This document shows positions 17,330-26,273 of a stretch of 64,000 bases of DNA, in pieces. The stretch's first letter is position 1; the number at the start of each line of letters is the position of its first letter. The stretch spans positions 224,001 to 288,000 of the forward strand of contig JBCCHT010000001.1 of assembly GCA_039028615.1 (NCBI GenBank). Direction: 5' to 3'. The position numbers and the translations under genes were made by a program. This stretch comes from Myxococcota bacterium. GTDB taxonomy: Bacteria > Myxococcota_A > Polyangia > Nannocystales > Nannocystaceae. The notes below the pieces were generated by a model. The model did no database searches. It worked only from the letters and a program-made list of their open reading frames with translations, and was not told the DNA's origin.

Positions 17330-18697
17330 TCAGTTCGCCTCGAGGTACGCCACTTCCCCGGCATCCCGGAGGGCTACAACGATATCGAGGCGATTACTGA
17401 GATCCATGTCAGCGATGGCGATGTCGGAGATCAGGCCCGTACCCGCCACAAAAACCTCGAAATCGCTGGAGTCGAAGTTCCCGGGGCCATTCGCCCGCCA
17501 CACTACGACGTCACCGTTGGCGCCCGCGACGATGTCGATGTCTCCGTCGCAGTCGAGATCGGCAGCTCGTACCACGGTCTGCGTGCTCGTATACGGCAAC
17601 GAGATCGGGTCCGAGAAGCCCCCGTCGCCATCGCCGAAGAACAACTGCAACGGGACCGAACCAACCCCCGTATGCCCCAAGACGAGGTCGTCCACGCCAT
17701 CTCCATCGAGATCGGCACTGGCGACTCCCCACGGGTCGCCCGTCGACTCGACCGTCGCCGTCGAGAATGCGGGAGACCCCGGCGTGCTCTCGTTGAACAC
17801 GATGTCCACGAAATCCGGGCCCGCGATCCCTGCGGCCGGATCCGTGCGAGGCAATGCGAGGTCGAGCTGCGTGTCTCCGTTGAAGTCTCCGGTGGTCATG
17901 ATCTGGGCATTGCGACCCGCATCGATCAGCTGCGCCAGACCATTCACGCTCACAATGGGATCTTCGATCACATCGACGGTCCCCGTCACCCCGTTGAAGC
18001 CTGCCGCGAGCACGAGTTCATCGTTCGAGTCGCCCAGGATATCGGCGAGCAAAATCGACTGGCCCGACGCCCCCATGATGACTCCGCCGGACAGCTGCAT
18101 GACCGAGTTCATCGACTCCGGATCGGGGCCGTAGATCTGCCACTGCTGCTGCCCCAAGACCGCCAACTCCGAAGGCGGCGAGCCGTTGATCTCTCCGATC
18201 GCGACGCTGCTCGCTCCATCGATCGAGGTGATCGGATCTGCGATCTGAAACCCCGAGAGGATGCCCTGCCCCCGCAGGATGTCGATCCGGGGCTCGTTGT
18301 CATCGTTGGCGACCGCGATGTCCGGATCATCGTCGTTGCCCACAAAGGAGCCCGTTGCCAGGACCGCCGGAGCACCGCCCACCGTGAACACGTCGGGAGG
18401 GTCGAACACGAACTCCGCCCGGGGCAACCCGCAGAAATCCTGAGGTTCGCCGGTCGAGCTTCCCTCGTCCGTCGAGTCGGCCCCAGTGCTTCCCGTGGAG
18501 GTCGCATCCCCGGTGCCCTCGGTGGCCGTCGACCCGGGCCCGGAGTCACTGGGCTCCGTGGTCGCGTCGTCCGTCGCCGGGCTCGCGCTGGTGTCCGTGC
18601 TCGCCGAGCCAGTAGACGTCTGCGCGGGTAGTGCGGGCGGGCTGGGCAGGCAGCCCGCGCCCGGCACGAGGAAAAGAAGCCAAGGTCGAAGATTCAT
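17330..18697 (-). CDS. FG-GAP/VCBS repeat lipoprotein
   Basis: Lipobox PGAGC, Ser/Thr-rich linker, repeats GDFNGDTQLDL, ADLDGDGVDDL, ADLDCDGDIDI. Confidence 0.85.
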   Translation of the reverse strand: MNLRPWLLFLVPGAGCLPSPPALPAQTSTGSASTDTSASPATDDATTEPSDSGPGSTATEGTGDATSTGSTGADSTDEGSSTGEPQDFCGLPRAEFVFDPPDVFTVGGAPAVLATGSFVGNDDDPDIAVANDDNEPRIDILRGQGILSGFQIADPITSIDGASSVAIGEINGSPPSELAVLGQQQWQIYGPDPESMNSVMQLSGGVIMGASGQSILLADILGDSNDELVLAAGFNGVTGTVDVIEDPIVSVNGLAQLIDAGRNAQIMTTGDFNGDTQLDLALPRTDPAAGIAGPDFVDIVFNESTPGSPAFSTATVESTGDPWGVASADLDGDGVDDLVLGHTGVGSVPLQLFFGDGDGGFSDPISLPYTSTQTVVRAADLDCDGDIDIVAGANGDVVVWRANGPGNFDSSDFEVFVAGTGLISDIAIADMDLSNRLDIVVALRDAGEVAYLEAN

Positions 18698-18725
18698 CGC
18701 AGAGAATCCAAACGAGCGGAGACGA

Positions 18726-20084
18726 TCAGCTCGCCTCGAAGAAGTAGATCGTGCCTTCGTCGAGTACCGTCACCATGAAATCGAGCCGACCGTCCAAGGT
18801 CATGTCGTGCACGACGATGTCGCCGAAGATGTCACCGTCGATTTCCAGCGCGATCGAGTCCTCGGTGGAGAAGCTCCCCTTGCCGTCGCCGGGCAGAATC
18901 TGGATGCCTTGGGTTCCCCCCACCACCAGATCGAGGTTGCCGTCGCAATCGAAGTCGGCGAGCCGCAGCGCCCCTACCCCATCGTCGAAGATGAAGTCGG
19001 GCTGAGCGGCGGGCGTGGCTCCTCGTTGGCCGAGCCAGATGTTGAGCGGGTCGGGCATCCCATCGAACAGCTCCTGCCCCACCGTGCCCACGACGAAGTC
19101 GGCGATGCCGTCACCGTTCAAGTCGCCCGTGTCCACGCCGTAGGTTCGCGGTCCGGCGGGCAACGGAGTTCGATCGAAGCTGGGGGCTCCCGGCCGGCTC
19201 GTGTTGATCAGCACGTCGACGGGCGTCTCCACGGGCGCATCACCGAAGTTGTTGTGAGGCGCGATGATGTCGGCTCGGCCGTCACCATTGACGTCGGCCA
19301 CCGCGATGAAGTTCGAATCGTCGCCGCCGGTGAAGGTGTCCTCGGTCGGCATCCCCAGCAAGTTGCTCACGATGGAGATCTGGGAGACGTCGTCTTCGAG
19401 TCCCGAGTTGACGACCAGCTCGAGGGCATCGTCCCCGAGAACGTCGGCGAGCACATTCCCCCGCGTGCGCTCGAGTCCGACCATGCCGGTCGCGAGCATC
19501 ACCATGGAATCCTCATCCAGCGGATCGGCCTCGTAGACGCTCCAGACGTTGCGATCGAGCGTGACCAGCTCCGGCCGGGAGTCACCGTCGAGGTTGCCCG
19601 CTTCGACACCGCTGGCGTCCTCGACCATCGGGATGGCGTTGGCCGCCACGAACCCCGCCAACTCGCCCTGCCCGCGCATGATGTGTATCAGCGGCGGCTC
19701 CGACTCGCCGTCGGTGTACGCCATGTCCGGCGCGTCATCGCCGATGAAATCCCCCACCGCCAGTTCGAACGGGGAACCGCCGACATCGAGGATCAGCGGC
19801 TTCTCGAAGGCGAGTACCGGCTCGGAGTTGCCACAGAAGTCCATGCCGGTCGTCGTCGACCCTGATTCGTCCCCCGAGGTATCGACTTCGCCCGTGGTGC
19901 TCGTGGTGCCCTCGTCGGTCCCCGCGGTGGTGTCCTGTCCCGGGTTACCGGGGCCCGTGCTCGGGTCGGCCGTCTCGTCGGAGGTCTGGCCGCCGGAACT
20001 CCCTTGCTCGGGGAGCACAGGGGCGTCGACCGGGCAGGCCGTCGCAGCAAGAAATGTGAAGGCAATCGAAGGTCGTAGGTTCAT
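18726..20084 (-). CDS. FG-GAP/VCBS repeat lipoprotein (paralog of the downstream gene)
   Basis: Lipobox AATAC, repeats ADVNGDGRADI, GDLNGDGIADF, ADFDCDGNLDL. Same MNLRP start and EA[SN] end as its neighbour. Confidence 0.85.
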   Translation of the reverse strand: MNLRPSIAFTFLAATACPVDAPVLPEQGSSGGQTSDETADPSTGPGNPGQDTTAGTDEGTTSTTGEVDTSGDESGSTTTGMDFCGNSEPVLAFEKPLILDVGGSPFELAVGDFIGDDAPDMAYTDGESEPPLIHIMRGQGELAGFVAANAIPMVEDASGVEAGNLDGDSRPELVTLDRNVWSVYEADPLDEDSMVMLATGMVGLERTRGNVLADVLGDDALELVVNSGLEDDVSQISIVSNLLGMPTEDTFTGGDDSNFIAVADVNGDGRADIIAPHNNFGDAPVETPVDVLINTSRPGAPSFDRTPLPAGPRTYGVDTGDLNGDGIADFVVGTVGQELFDGMPDPLNIWLGQRGATPAAQPDFIFDDGVGALRLADFDCDGNLDLVVGGTQGIQILPGDGKGSFSTEDSIALEIDGDIFGDIVVHDMTLDGRLDFMVTVLDEGTIYFFEAS

Positions 20085-20095
20085 CGATGTTCTCG

Positions 20096-21067
20096 TCAGA
20101 AGTTCAAGCGCACGGTTAGGCCCAGTCGGTCCCGAGACGCCATGGGAAACGCAATGGCCGCCCGTGCATCGGAGCCACCGCTATTTTTTTTGAGCCGAAT
20201 CGCCCCCCACGCGGTGAGCCCGACTCCGGCGGCGGCCAGGACCGCGCCGCCGGCAATGAGGCCCAACGACAGGCCGCGCCACTGGCTCTCCCAATCGGTG
20301 AGCTGAGCCTCGTAATTCGAACGGACGTCATCGGTGAACGACCCCGCATCGAGGGCTGCCCGCTGCGCCTGCACGCGGTCGTCGAGCTGCGACAAGTTCC
20401 ATGCCCCACCACCGATGAGGCCCGCGCCTCCGACCAGCGAGACGATGCCCACCGAGAGGATGGCAATGTCGGCCTTCTTGTTGCCGGGCTCGGCCGGCTG
20501 CGCGGGCTCTTGCTCGGGTTCCGGCTCCGGCTCGGGCTCGGGCTGTGCCTCGACCGGCTCTTGTGCGGCGGGCTCCGGCTCGGGCTCCGCGGCGGGTTGG
20601 GCCGCCTTCATCTGGTCGAGCAGCTTCCGCAGCTTGCCCTGCTCGATGAGCAACCCGCCCGGCACCGCATCCGCCGTGCCCGCTTCGTGGGCTTGCGCCC
20701 GGGAGGCGACCGCTTCGTCGACCAGCGCGAGGTTCTCCTCGACCAACCCGATGTCATCGGGGTTGCTCTGCCGGGCTTGCCGATAGTCCGCCAGCGCGTT
20801 GTCCACCGTGATCTCACCGGTGAGCCCCACCCGCTCCTCGTCGGACAGAGCGCGATACGCCGCGGCGTACGAGCGCGCGGACTCGACGAAGTTGCCCGCC
20901 TCGCGTTGCTTCTCGGCCCGACTCATCAGCTCGTCGAACCCGCCGGCACTCGGCCCCACCATGGCGGCCATGACCGTCGACGGCGAGACGACGGTGACGG
21001 GCGCTGCCACGAGCGAGGCAGCCACTACCGAGGAAAGGGAGGTCCGACGGATCGTTGAGTCGAGCAT
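20096..21067 (-). CDS. Secreted/membrane protein with TPR-like helices, PE-rich linker and C-terminal TM segments
   Basis: Signal-like N-terminus, helical domain, EPEPEP linker, two Gly-rich TM segments, C-terminal ...GLTVRLNF. Confidence 0.7.
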   Translation of the reverse strand: MLDSTIRRTSLSSVVAASLVAAPVTVVSPSTVMAAMVGPSAGGFDELMSRAEKQREAGNFVESARSYAAAYRALSDEERVGLTGEITVDNALADYRQARQSNPDDIGLVEENLALVDEAVASRAQAHEAGTADAVPGGLLIEQGKLRKLLDQMKAAQPAAEPEPEPAAQEPVEAQPEPEPEPEPEQEPAQPAEPGNKKADIAILSVGIVSLVGGAGLIGGGAWNLSQLDDRVQAQRAALDAGSFTDDVRSNYEAQLTDWESQWRGLSLGLIAGGAVLAAAGVGLTAWGAIRLKKNSGGSDARAAIAFPMASRDRLGLTVRLNF

Positions 21068-21071
21068 GGTC

Positions 21072-22835
21072 TCAGTTCACGGTGAGGACCGTGGGGGTCT
21101 GCTTGTCGCGCGTACGGAAGCGTGCGCTCTGCACGACCACCTTCGCGCATTGGCCCGCGGGGCCGCTCGGGCTGGGGCTCACGTGGTTGGCGGTACCGTC
21201 GGGCATCACGAAGAACTTCACCTTGACGCGCTGGCCGGCCAGCAGCTTCTCGCAACGGCCGGCGATCTTGCGCTGGAGCTTCTTGATGACCCCCGCATCG
21301 GGAGGCGGACCGGCGGGCTTCTTCGCCTTTTTCTTCGGCTTCGGCGTGGCCGGGGTCGGCTCCGCTTCGACCGGTTCGGCCTCTGGCTCGTCGTCCTCGA
21401 TGACCACCTCGTCGTCGGGCTCGCCTTCGGTCGGCTCGGCTTCGTCCTCGGCGGCCGCGGCTGCTTCTGGAGCGGGCTCGGCCTCCACCACCGGCTCGGC
21501 CGGGGCCGGCTCGGGCGCCGCGACCTTCGGCTCGGCGGGCGTTGCCTCGGCCTTGGCCGGCTCGGGTGCGGCCGCGACCGTGCCCGCGTTCGAATCGGCA
21601 CCCCCCTCGAGCAGCTGCGGCACGACGATGGCGGCCGCGATCACCAGGACCGCGATACCGAACAGCCAGGGCCAGGGACTGCCGCGCTTGGCCTGAGGCT
21701 CGAAGGACGCCACCCCCGAGTGCGCGGGCATCGGGGTCGGCATCGCCCCCGGCGTCGCGACGACCGTCGCCGGGCTCGCCGGAGCGACGACCGGGGTCGC
21801 CGGGGAGTCCTGCAGCATCTGTGTGGCTGGGGTGACCGGAGCAGGCTGCGGTCGCGGGTTGGTCATCGACGACGACGACGCACTGCTGACCAAGATCGCC
21901 GCCGCCCCCGAGCCCCCCATCAGCTGCGTGGTGTTGTCGTCGGGAGCCAGTGCCAAGGCACGCTCGCGAACCTCGGCCATGTCGGCGGGGCGGTCCACGG
22001 GTTCCTTGGCCAACATCGCCAGCACGAACTTCTCCACGTCGTGCGGGACGTCGGGCACGTGCTCTCGTATGGGAGGCACCTCGTCGAAGCACGCCCGTCG
22101 CAACACCTCGAAGGTCGTGCCCCCGGAAAACGGAACCGTCCCCGCCAGCATCCGATAGGCCAAGACCCCCAGCGAGTAGATGTCCGACTTGGGGCCCGCG
22201 GGCGCGTCGGTGCGCACCAGCTCGGGCGCGATGTAGCTCGGCGTGCCCAAGACTTGGGCCGTCCCCGTCAGCTGGTTGGTCTCGCCGCCGTCTTCCACCT
22301 TGGCGATGCCGAAGTCGACGAGCTTGACCAGCGGGTCGCCGTCTTCATCGGTGAGGAAGCAGTTCGCGGGCTTGATGTCGCGGTGCACCACCCCACAGCC
22401 GTGGGCCGCCTTGAGGCCGGTCGCCGTCTGAATGAGCAGTTCGCGGGCCACCGCCCACGACAACCGATTCTCGGGCTGCGAACGCAGCAGCTGATCGAGG
22501 TCCTGCCCCTTCAGGAACTCCATGACCGAGTACACGAGGCCGTCGGCCGTCTCGCCGTAGTCGAGGATCTCGACCACGTTGCGGTGCCGGATCTTCGAGG
22601 CCGCCTTCGCCTCCCGCAAGAACCGCTTGACGTACTGCTCGTGGCCCGAGAACACGGGCGGGAGGATCTTGATCGCGACCATGCGATCGAGTCGCAGGTG
22701 CTTCGCCCGAAACACCGCCCCCATTCCGCCTGCGCCCAGGATCTCGCCCAACTCGTAGCGCTCCTCCAACACCGCGCCGCTGAGATTGGCGAGGCTGGCG
22801 GGGAGCGATTGCTCTTGAGCAGAAGCGTCGGTCAT
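21072..22835 (-). CDS. Membrane Ser/Thr protein kinase
   Basis: LGAGGMGAVF, VAIK, HRDIKPAN, DFG and GTPSYIAPE are all intact. One TM helix and a C-terminal TonB-C-like tail. Confidence 0.95.
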   Translation of the reverse strand: MTDASAQEQSLPASLANLSGAVLEERYELGEILGAGGMGAVFRAKHLRLDRMVAIKILPPVFSGHEQYVKRFLREAKAASKIRHRNVVEILDYGETADGLVYSVMEFLKGQDLDQLLRSQPENRLSWAVARELLIQTATGLKAAHGCGVVHRDIKPANCFLTDEDGDPLVKLVDFGIAKVEDGGETNQLTGTAQVLGTPSYIAPELVRTDAPAGPKSDIYSLGVLAYRMLAGTVPFSGGTTFEVLRRACFDEVPPIREHVPDVPHDVEKFVLAMLAKEPVDRPADMAEVRERALALAPDDNTTQLMGGSGAAAILVSSASSSSMTNPRPQPAPVTPATQMLQDSPATPVVAPASPATVVATPGAMPTPMPAHSGVASFEPQAKRGSPWPWLFGIAVLVIAAAIVVPQLLEGGADSNAGTVAAAPEPAKAEATPAEPKVAAPEPAPAEPVVEAEPAPEAAAAAEDEAEPTEGEPDDEVVIEDDEPEAEPVEAEPTPATPKPKKKAKKPAGPPPDAGVIKKLQRKIAGRCEKLLAGQRVKVKFFVMPDGTANHVSPSPSGPAGQCAKVVVQSARFRTRDKQTPTVLTVN

Positions 22836-23350
22836 GGTGTCGAGCCCCGGAGTTTATCCTGGCGAATCCCTCTCACGATGACCGGTGGACACGCAACTGC
22901 GAGTCGAGCCCACGCGTAGAGTCACCTCGAAGGCCATTGCCGCGGCTCCGCGTGGGGCAAGATTACCCGTCGGAGGGTCCCCACGAAAACCCACGAGAAG
23001 CGGCGATTGCGCCCGCCTAGAGCCGTACACCGCCGATCGGCGACGCGCGCAGCGATCGACGCGAGGATGATTGAAAACGCCACCGTAGACGCATCGCGAA
23101 ACGGCGCGACGACGGCCGGCTACCTTCGCCGTCCTCGGACCGTGTCGCAACTCGAGGCGTCCGCGCTCGCGTCGCGGGTCTGCCCGTGTTCCGCCACGAG
23201 GCGGCGAATGCTCGATACGCGACGGCGCCCCCCTCGTGAGGCGCGGCGGAGATCCGGCCCCGTGATCGCTCGGCGGGAAGCCTCGCGAGACCCGCGTCCG
23301 CCCCGACTTGCGCCCCGATCCGAAGCCGAACGCTCTGTGAGCCGATGACC

Positions 23351-23384
23351 GAGGCCCACTCCGCCGACGGGCGGAGTGGGCCTC
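23351..23384 (-). terminator. Perfect 15-bp hairpin downstream of the tRNA pair
   Basis: GAGGCCCACTCCGCC-gacg-GGCGGAGTGGGCCTC. No U-tract. Confidence 0.6.
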
Positions 23385-23398
23385 TCATGGTCGTTGGG

Positions 23399-23470
23399 TC
23401 GGGCTGGCCGGGATCGAACCGGCGACCTCTTGCTCCCCGAGCAAGCGCGCTACCGCTGCGCTACAGCCCG
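23399..23470 (-). tRNA. tRNA-Pro (anticodon GGG), atypical C33
   Basis: Minus strand CGGGCTG TA GCGC AGCGGTA GCGC G CTTGC TCGGGGA GCAAG AGGTC GCCGG TTCGATC CCGGC CAGCCCG A. Full cloverleaf with Pro identity elements C1:G72 and A73. Confidence 0.88.
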
Positions 23471-23474
23471 ATTG

Positions 23475-23548
23475 TCGGCGTGGCAGGATTCGAACCTGCG
23501 ACTTCCTGCGCCCGAGGCAGGAGCCCTAGACCACTGGGCTACACGCCG
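23475..23548 (-). tRNA. tRNA-Pro (anticodon CGG)
   Basis: Minus strand CGGCGTG TA GCCC AGTGGTCTA GGGC T CCTGC CTCGGGC GCAGG AAGTC GCAGG TTCGAAT CCTGC CACGCCG A. Confidence 0.93.
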
Positions 23549-24474
23549 AAATCGTTGCGGCGTCGAACCGACGCCGCGTTCATCGTCGCCGCGCGAGACC
23601 TTCCACTCGACTCCACTCCGCCACCCAGGCGGAGCACTCAGAGCAGAGGCAAGCGCGGCTACGCTGGGCGTGGGGAGGCGTTCAGGGAGGCTCGCCACAC
23701 CGACGGGTGCGACACGGGGAACAGCAACCGCTGGCCCTCTCGCCGCACGAACCGTGACTGGTGACGAATCTTCATGATGGTCTCTGTATTCTCGATCAAC
23801 GAGTCACTGTCAAGAATGAATTGCACAATTAATTCGACACACATGAACTCAAGATCATACGACTTTCGGAACGAGACAATAGCCTCCCAAACCCCTCCAC
23901 TGGCGAGCGAATGGGCCTTCTCAGCCGAGAACCCAACCCCGCGCAGGCCGATCGAGTGAGACACAAAAGTGTATCGACTCCGCCGCCTGTACGACGTGGA
24001 ACGGCAACCTCCGCAAGCCCCCTTTGGGGAACTACGGATGGCGATCGAGAGTTCACGACGCCGTAGACCGACGAGCACGAGCGTACTGCAGTCGAGAGTC
24101 GTCGCGGTCTCTCGCGATGGACATGCTCGCCGAACTGGCGAGGGGCGCCGGGCGTATGCCTACGGGCGCAGAGCAGGCGGAACCAACGCCATCTCGCGCC
24201 CCGGCATACGCCGGCGCGCCGTTGGCGGGTTCCGCTTCGTGTCTGCGCCACACATGGCCGTCGAAACGTGCCCCACGGATCACCGATCGTCAAGTGAGCA
24301 CCCGCAGACCGCCACCTAGAGGGGTTTGAACGAGAATCCGACTTGGACATACATCGGCTCGCCCGCCCGGCCCCACCGACACAGATCCGACGGGTATGTC
24401 GTCCGTTGAACGAAACACCGCCCGTCGGAGCGACCATCTTCCACGACCCGGGGTGAATCCGGCACGATGACACG

Positions 24475-25242
24475 ATGATCGATCGGCGCACCATCAAGGC
24501 CGCACTGCGGGAGGAGGAGCACGACCGCATCAAGCGTGCGTTCTGGATCGCGGCCGGCATCACCCTCCTGCTCTCGGTCGTGCAACCGTGGGGCCGTCTC
24601 GCGCTCTACCCCTTCGCGTTGCTGGCCACATGGGCCCATGAGCTCGGCCACGGAACCGTGGGCCTGCTCGCCGGAGGCCACTTCGATCACCTCGAGCTGT
24701 ACTCCTCCCTCGGCGGCGTCGCCCATGTCTCGCGCCCCGAGTGGGCGAGCCCGCTCGTCTCCATGGGTGGACTGCTGGGTCCCGCGTTCGCCGGCGCGGC
24801 GTTCATCATCCTCGGGGTTCGCGAGCGCACCGCGACGCTCTCCCTCGCGTGCCTGACGGTCGCAATGGCAGTCTCGACCGCTCTGCTCGTTCGCCCCTTC
24901 ACGAGCTTCGGTTTCATCGCGATGGCCGTCCTCACCGTGAGCGTCGCCGCCTTCACCTGGCGAGCCGATACCTTCTGGCGGTCCGCCGCCTGCCAGTTCT
25001 TGGGCATTCAATTCTGCCTCGGTAGCCTGTCCGATTTCGACTACATGTTCACCGCGTCGTTCGAACGCGACGGAGAGATACGCATCTCCGACTCGGCCAA
25101 GATCGCCGAGCACTGGGGCATGACCTACTGGTTTTGGGGAGCCTTGATCGCGGTCGCGAGCGTCGCGATTCTGCTGACCGCGTACAAGCTCGCTTGGCGC
25201 CGTCAATCGACCACTTGCAATTGGAATGCACCCGCCCGCTGA
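24475..25242 (+). CDS. M50 family (M50B-like) intramembrane metallopeptidase
   Basis: TWAHELGHG HExxH motif, GGLLGPA, SDSAKIAE, multiple TM helices. Confidence 0.88.
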   Translation: MIDRRTIKAALREEEHDRIKRAFWIAAGITLLLSVVQPWGRLALYPFALLATWAHELGHGTVGLLAGGHFDHLELYSSLGGVAHVSRPEWASPLVSMGGLLGPAFAGAAFIILGVRERTATLSLACLTVAMAVSTALLVRPFTSFGFIAMAVLTVSVAAFTWRADTFWRSAACQFLGIQFCLGSLSDFDYMFTASFERDGEIRISDSAKIAEHWGMTYWFWGALIAVASVAILLTAYKLAWRRQSTTCNWNAPAR

Positions 25243-25256
25243 ACCGTCCCAAAGAT

Positions 25257-26264
25257 ATGTTGCGTCACGTGCTGGCCCTGGGGCTCGCGTCGATCCTGGG
25301 CGGGCTCGTCCCCTCCACCGCCGACGCCGCCTCGCGAACCGACTACAAACTCGGACACTTCTATTCGCTGGACGAAGTCGACGATGCCGTGGTCGAGCGA
25401 GCGGCCGCGGCCGTCGTCCGCTTCCCCACCGCCACCGGGTTCATCATCCACCCCGACGGCTACGTGCTCACCAACCACCACGTTCGCACGAGCTTCGGGC
25501 GCCGCGGCACGGTGAAGCGGCGATGGGTCGAAGGGGGCGCCGCCGAGTCGCTGGACGTACAGCTGGTGTTCGACGACGCCGACCGGGACATCGCACTGTA
25601 TCGCGTGATCGATCCACCCGGCTCGCTCCCCGCGGTGGAGATCACCACGCGCGCCGCGACGCCCGGCGAGCCCGTGTTCGTGCTCGGCCACCCGAAGGGC
25701 CACCGAATGCGCGCGTCCTTCGGTCGCGTGCTCGTCGACGAAGTGGAGATCGGTGGTCGGCCCTCGGTGGAGTACAGCGCCCAGACCTGGTGGGGCTCAT
25801 CGGGCTCGCCGGTCTTCGACGCCCAGGGTCGCGCCATCGCAATCCACTGGGGATGGGATAGCAAGGGCCTGTCGAACGGGCGGCTGACCGGGGTGCCGTT
25901 CGACGTCATCGAGCGCGAGGTCGAGCGCATGCGCCCCTACCTCTCGAACGAGGCTCTCGGGGGTGCACCGCCGGACGACCGAGGCTGCGACGATCCCTCG
26001 CAGTGGTCGTTGCGTACCCGCCTGGTCGCCCGAGGCGAGCGCACCGATCGCCTGAAGGTCACCGTGGTCGCCCCCGACCCGAGCTGCGAGGACGTCATCG
26101 ACTCGGTCGGCTACCAGCTTCACCCCACCTTCGAGAACCCCACGCCGAGCGTGCGAGGTACGGCACCGCTTCGATTGCGAGCCTGGGGCTCGTTCGTGGC
26201 CACCGCCGTCATCACGCGGTCCGACGGTGAGACGCTGACCTTCGCCGATCGCATCGCCTGGTAG
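25257..26264 (+). CDS. Secreted trypsin-like serine protease with C-terminal pYEATS-like domain
   Basis: Signal peptide, LTNHHV (His), DIAL (Asp), GSSGSPV (Ser). C-terminal VGYQLHPTF...AWGSF YEATS motifs. Confidence 0.85.
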   Translation: MLRHVLALGLASILGGLVPSTADAASRTDYKLGHFYSLDEVDDAVVERAAAAVVRFPTATGFIIHPDGYVLTNHHVRTSFGRRGTVKRRWVEGGAAESLDVQLVFDDADRDIALYRVIDPPGSLPAVEITTRAATPGEPVFVLGHPKGHRMRASFGRVLVDEVEIGGRPSVEYSAQTWWGSSGSPVFDAQGRAIAIHWGWDSKGLSNGRLTGVPFDVIEREVERMRPYLSNEALGGAPPDDRGCDDPSQWSLRTRLVARGERTDRLKVTVVAPDPSCEDVIDSVGYQLHPTFENPTPSVRGTAPLRLRAWGSFVATAVITRSDGETLTFADRIAW

Positions 26265-26273
26265 GCGACGGCC

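Noticed and set aside
23399..23548. tRNAs as the integration site of a genomic island
   Set aside because: No integrase, and I found no duplicated tRNA 3' end in the window.
23659..23775. 38-aa ORF (MKIRHQSRF...) as a leader peptide for the tRNA-Pro pair
   Set aside because: No clear SD, no Pro-codon run and no other support.
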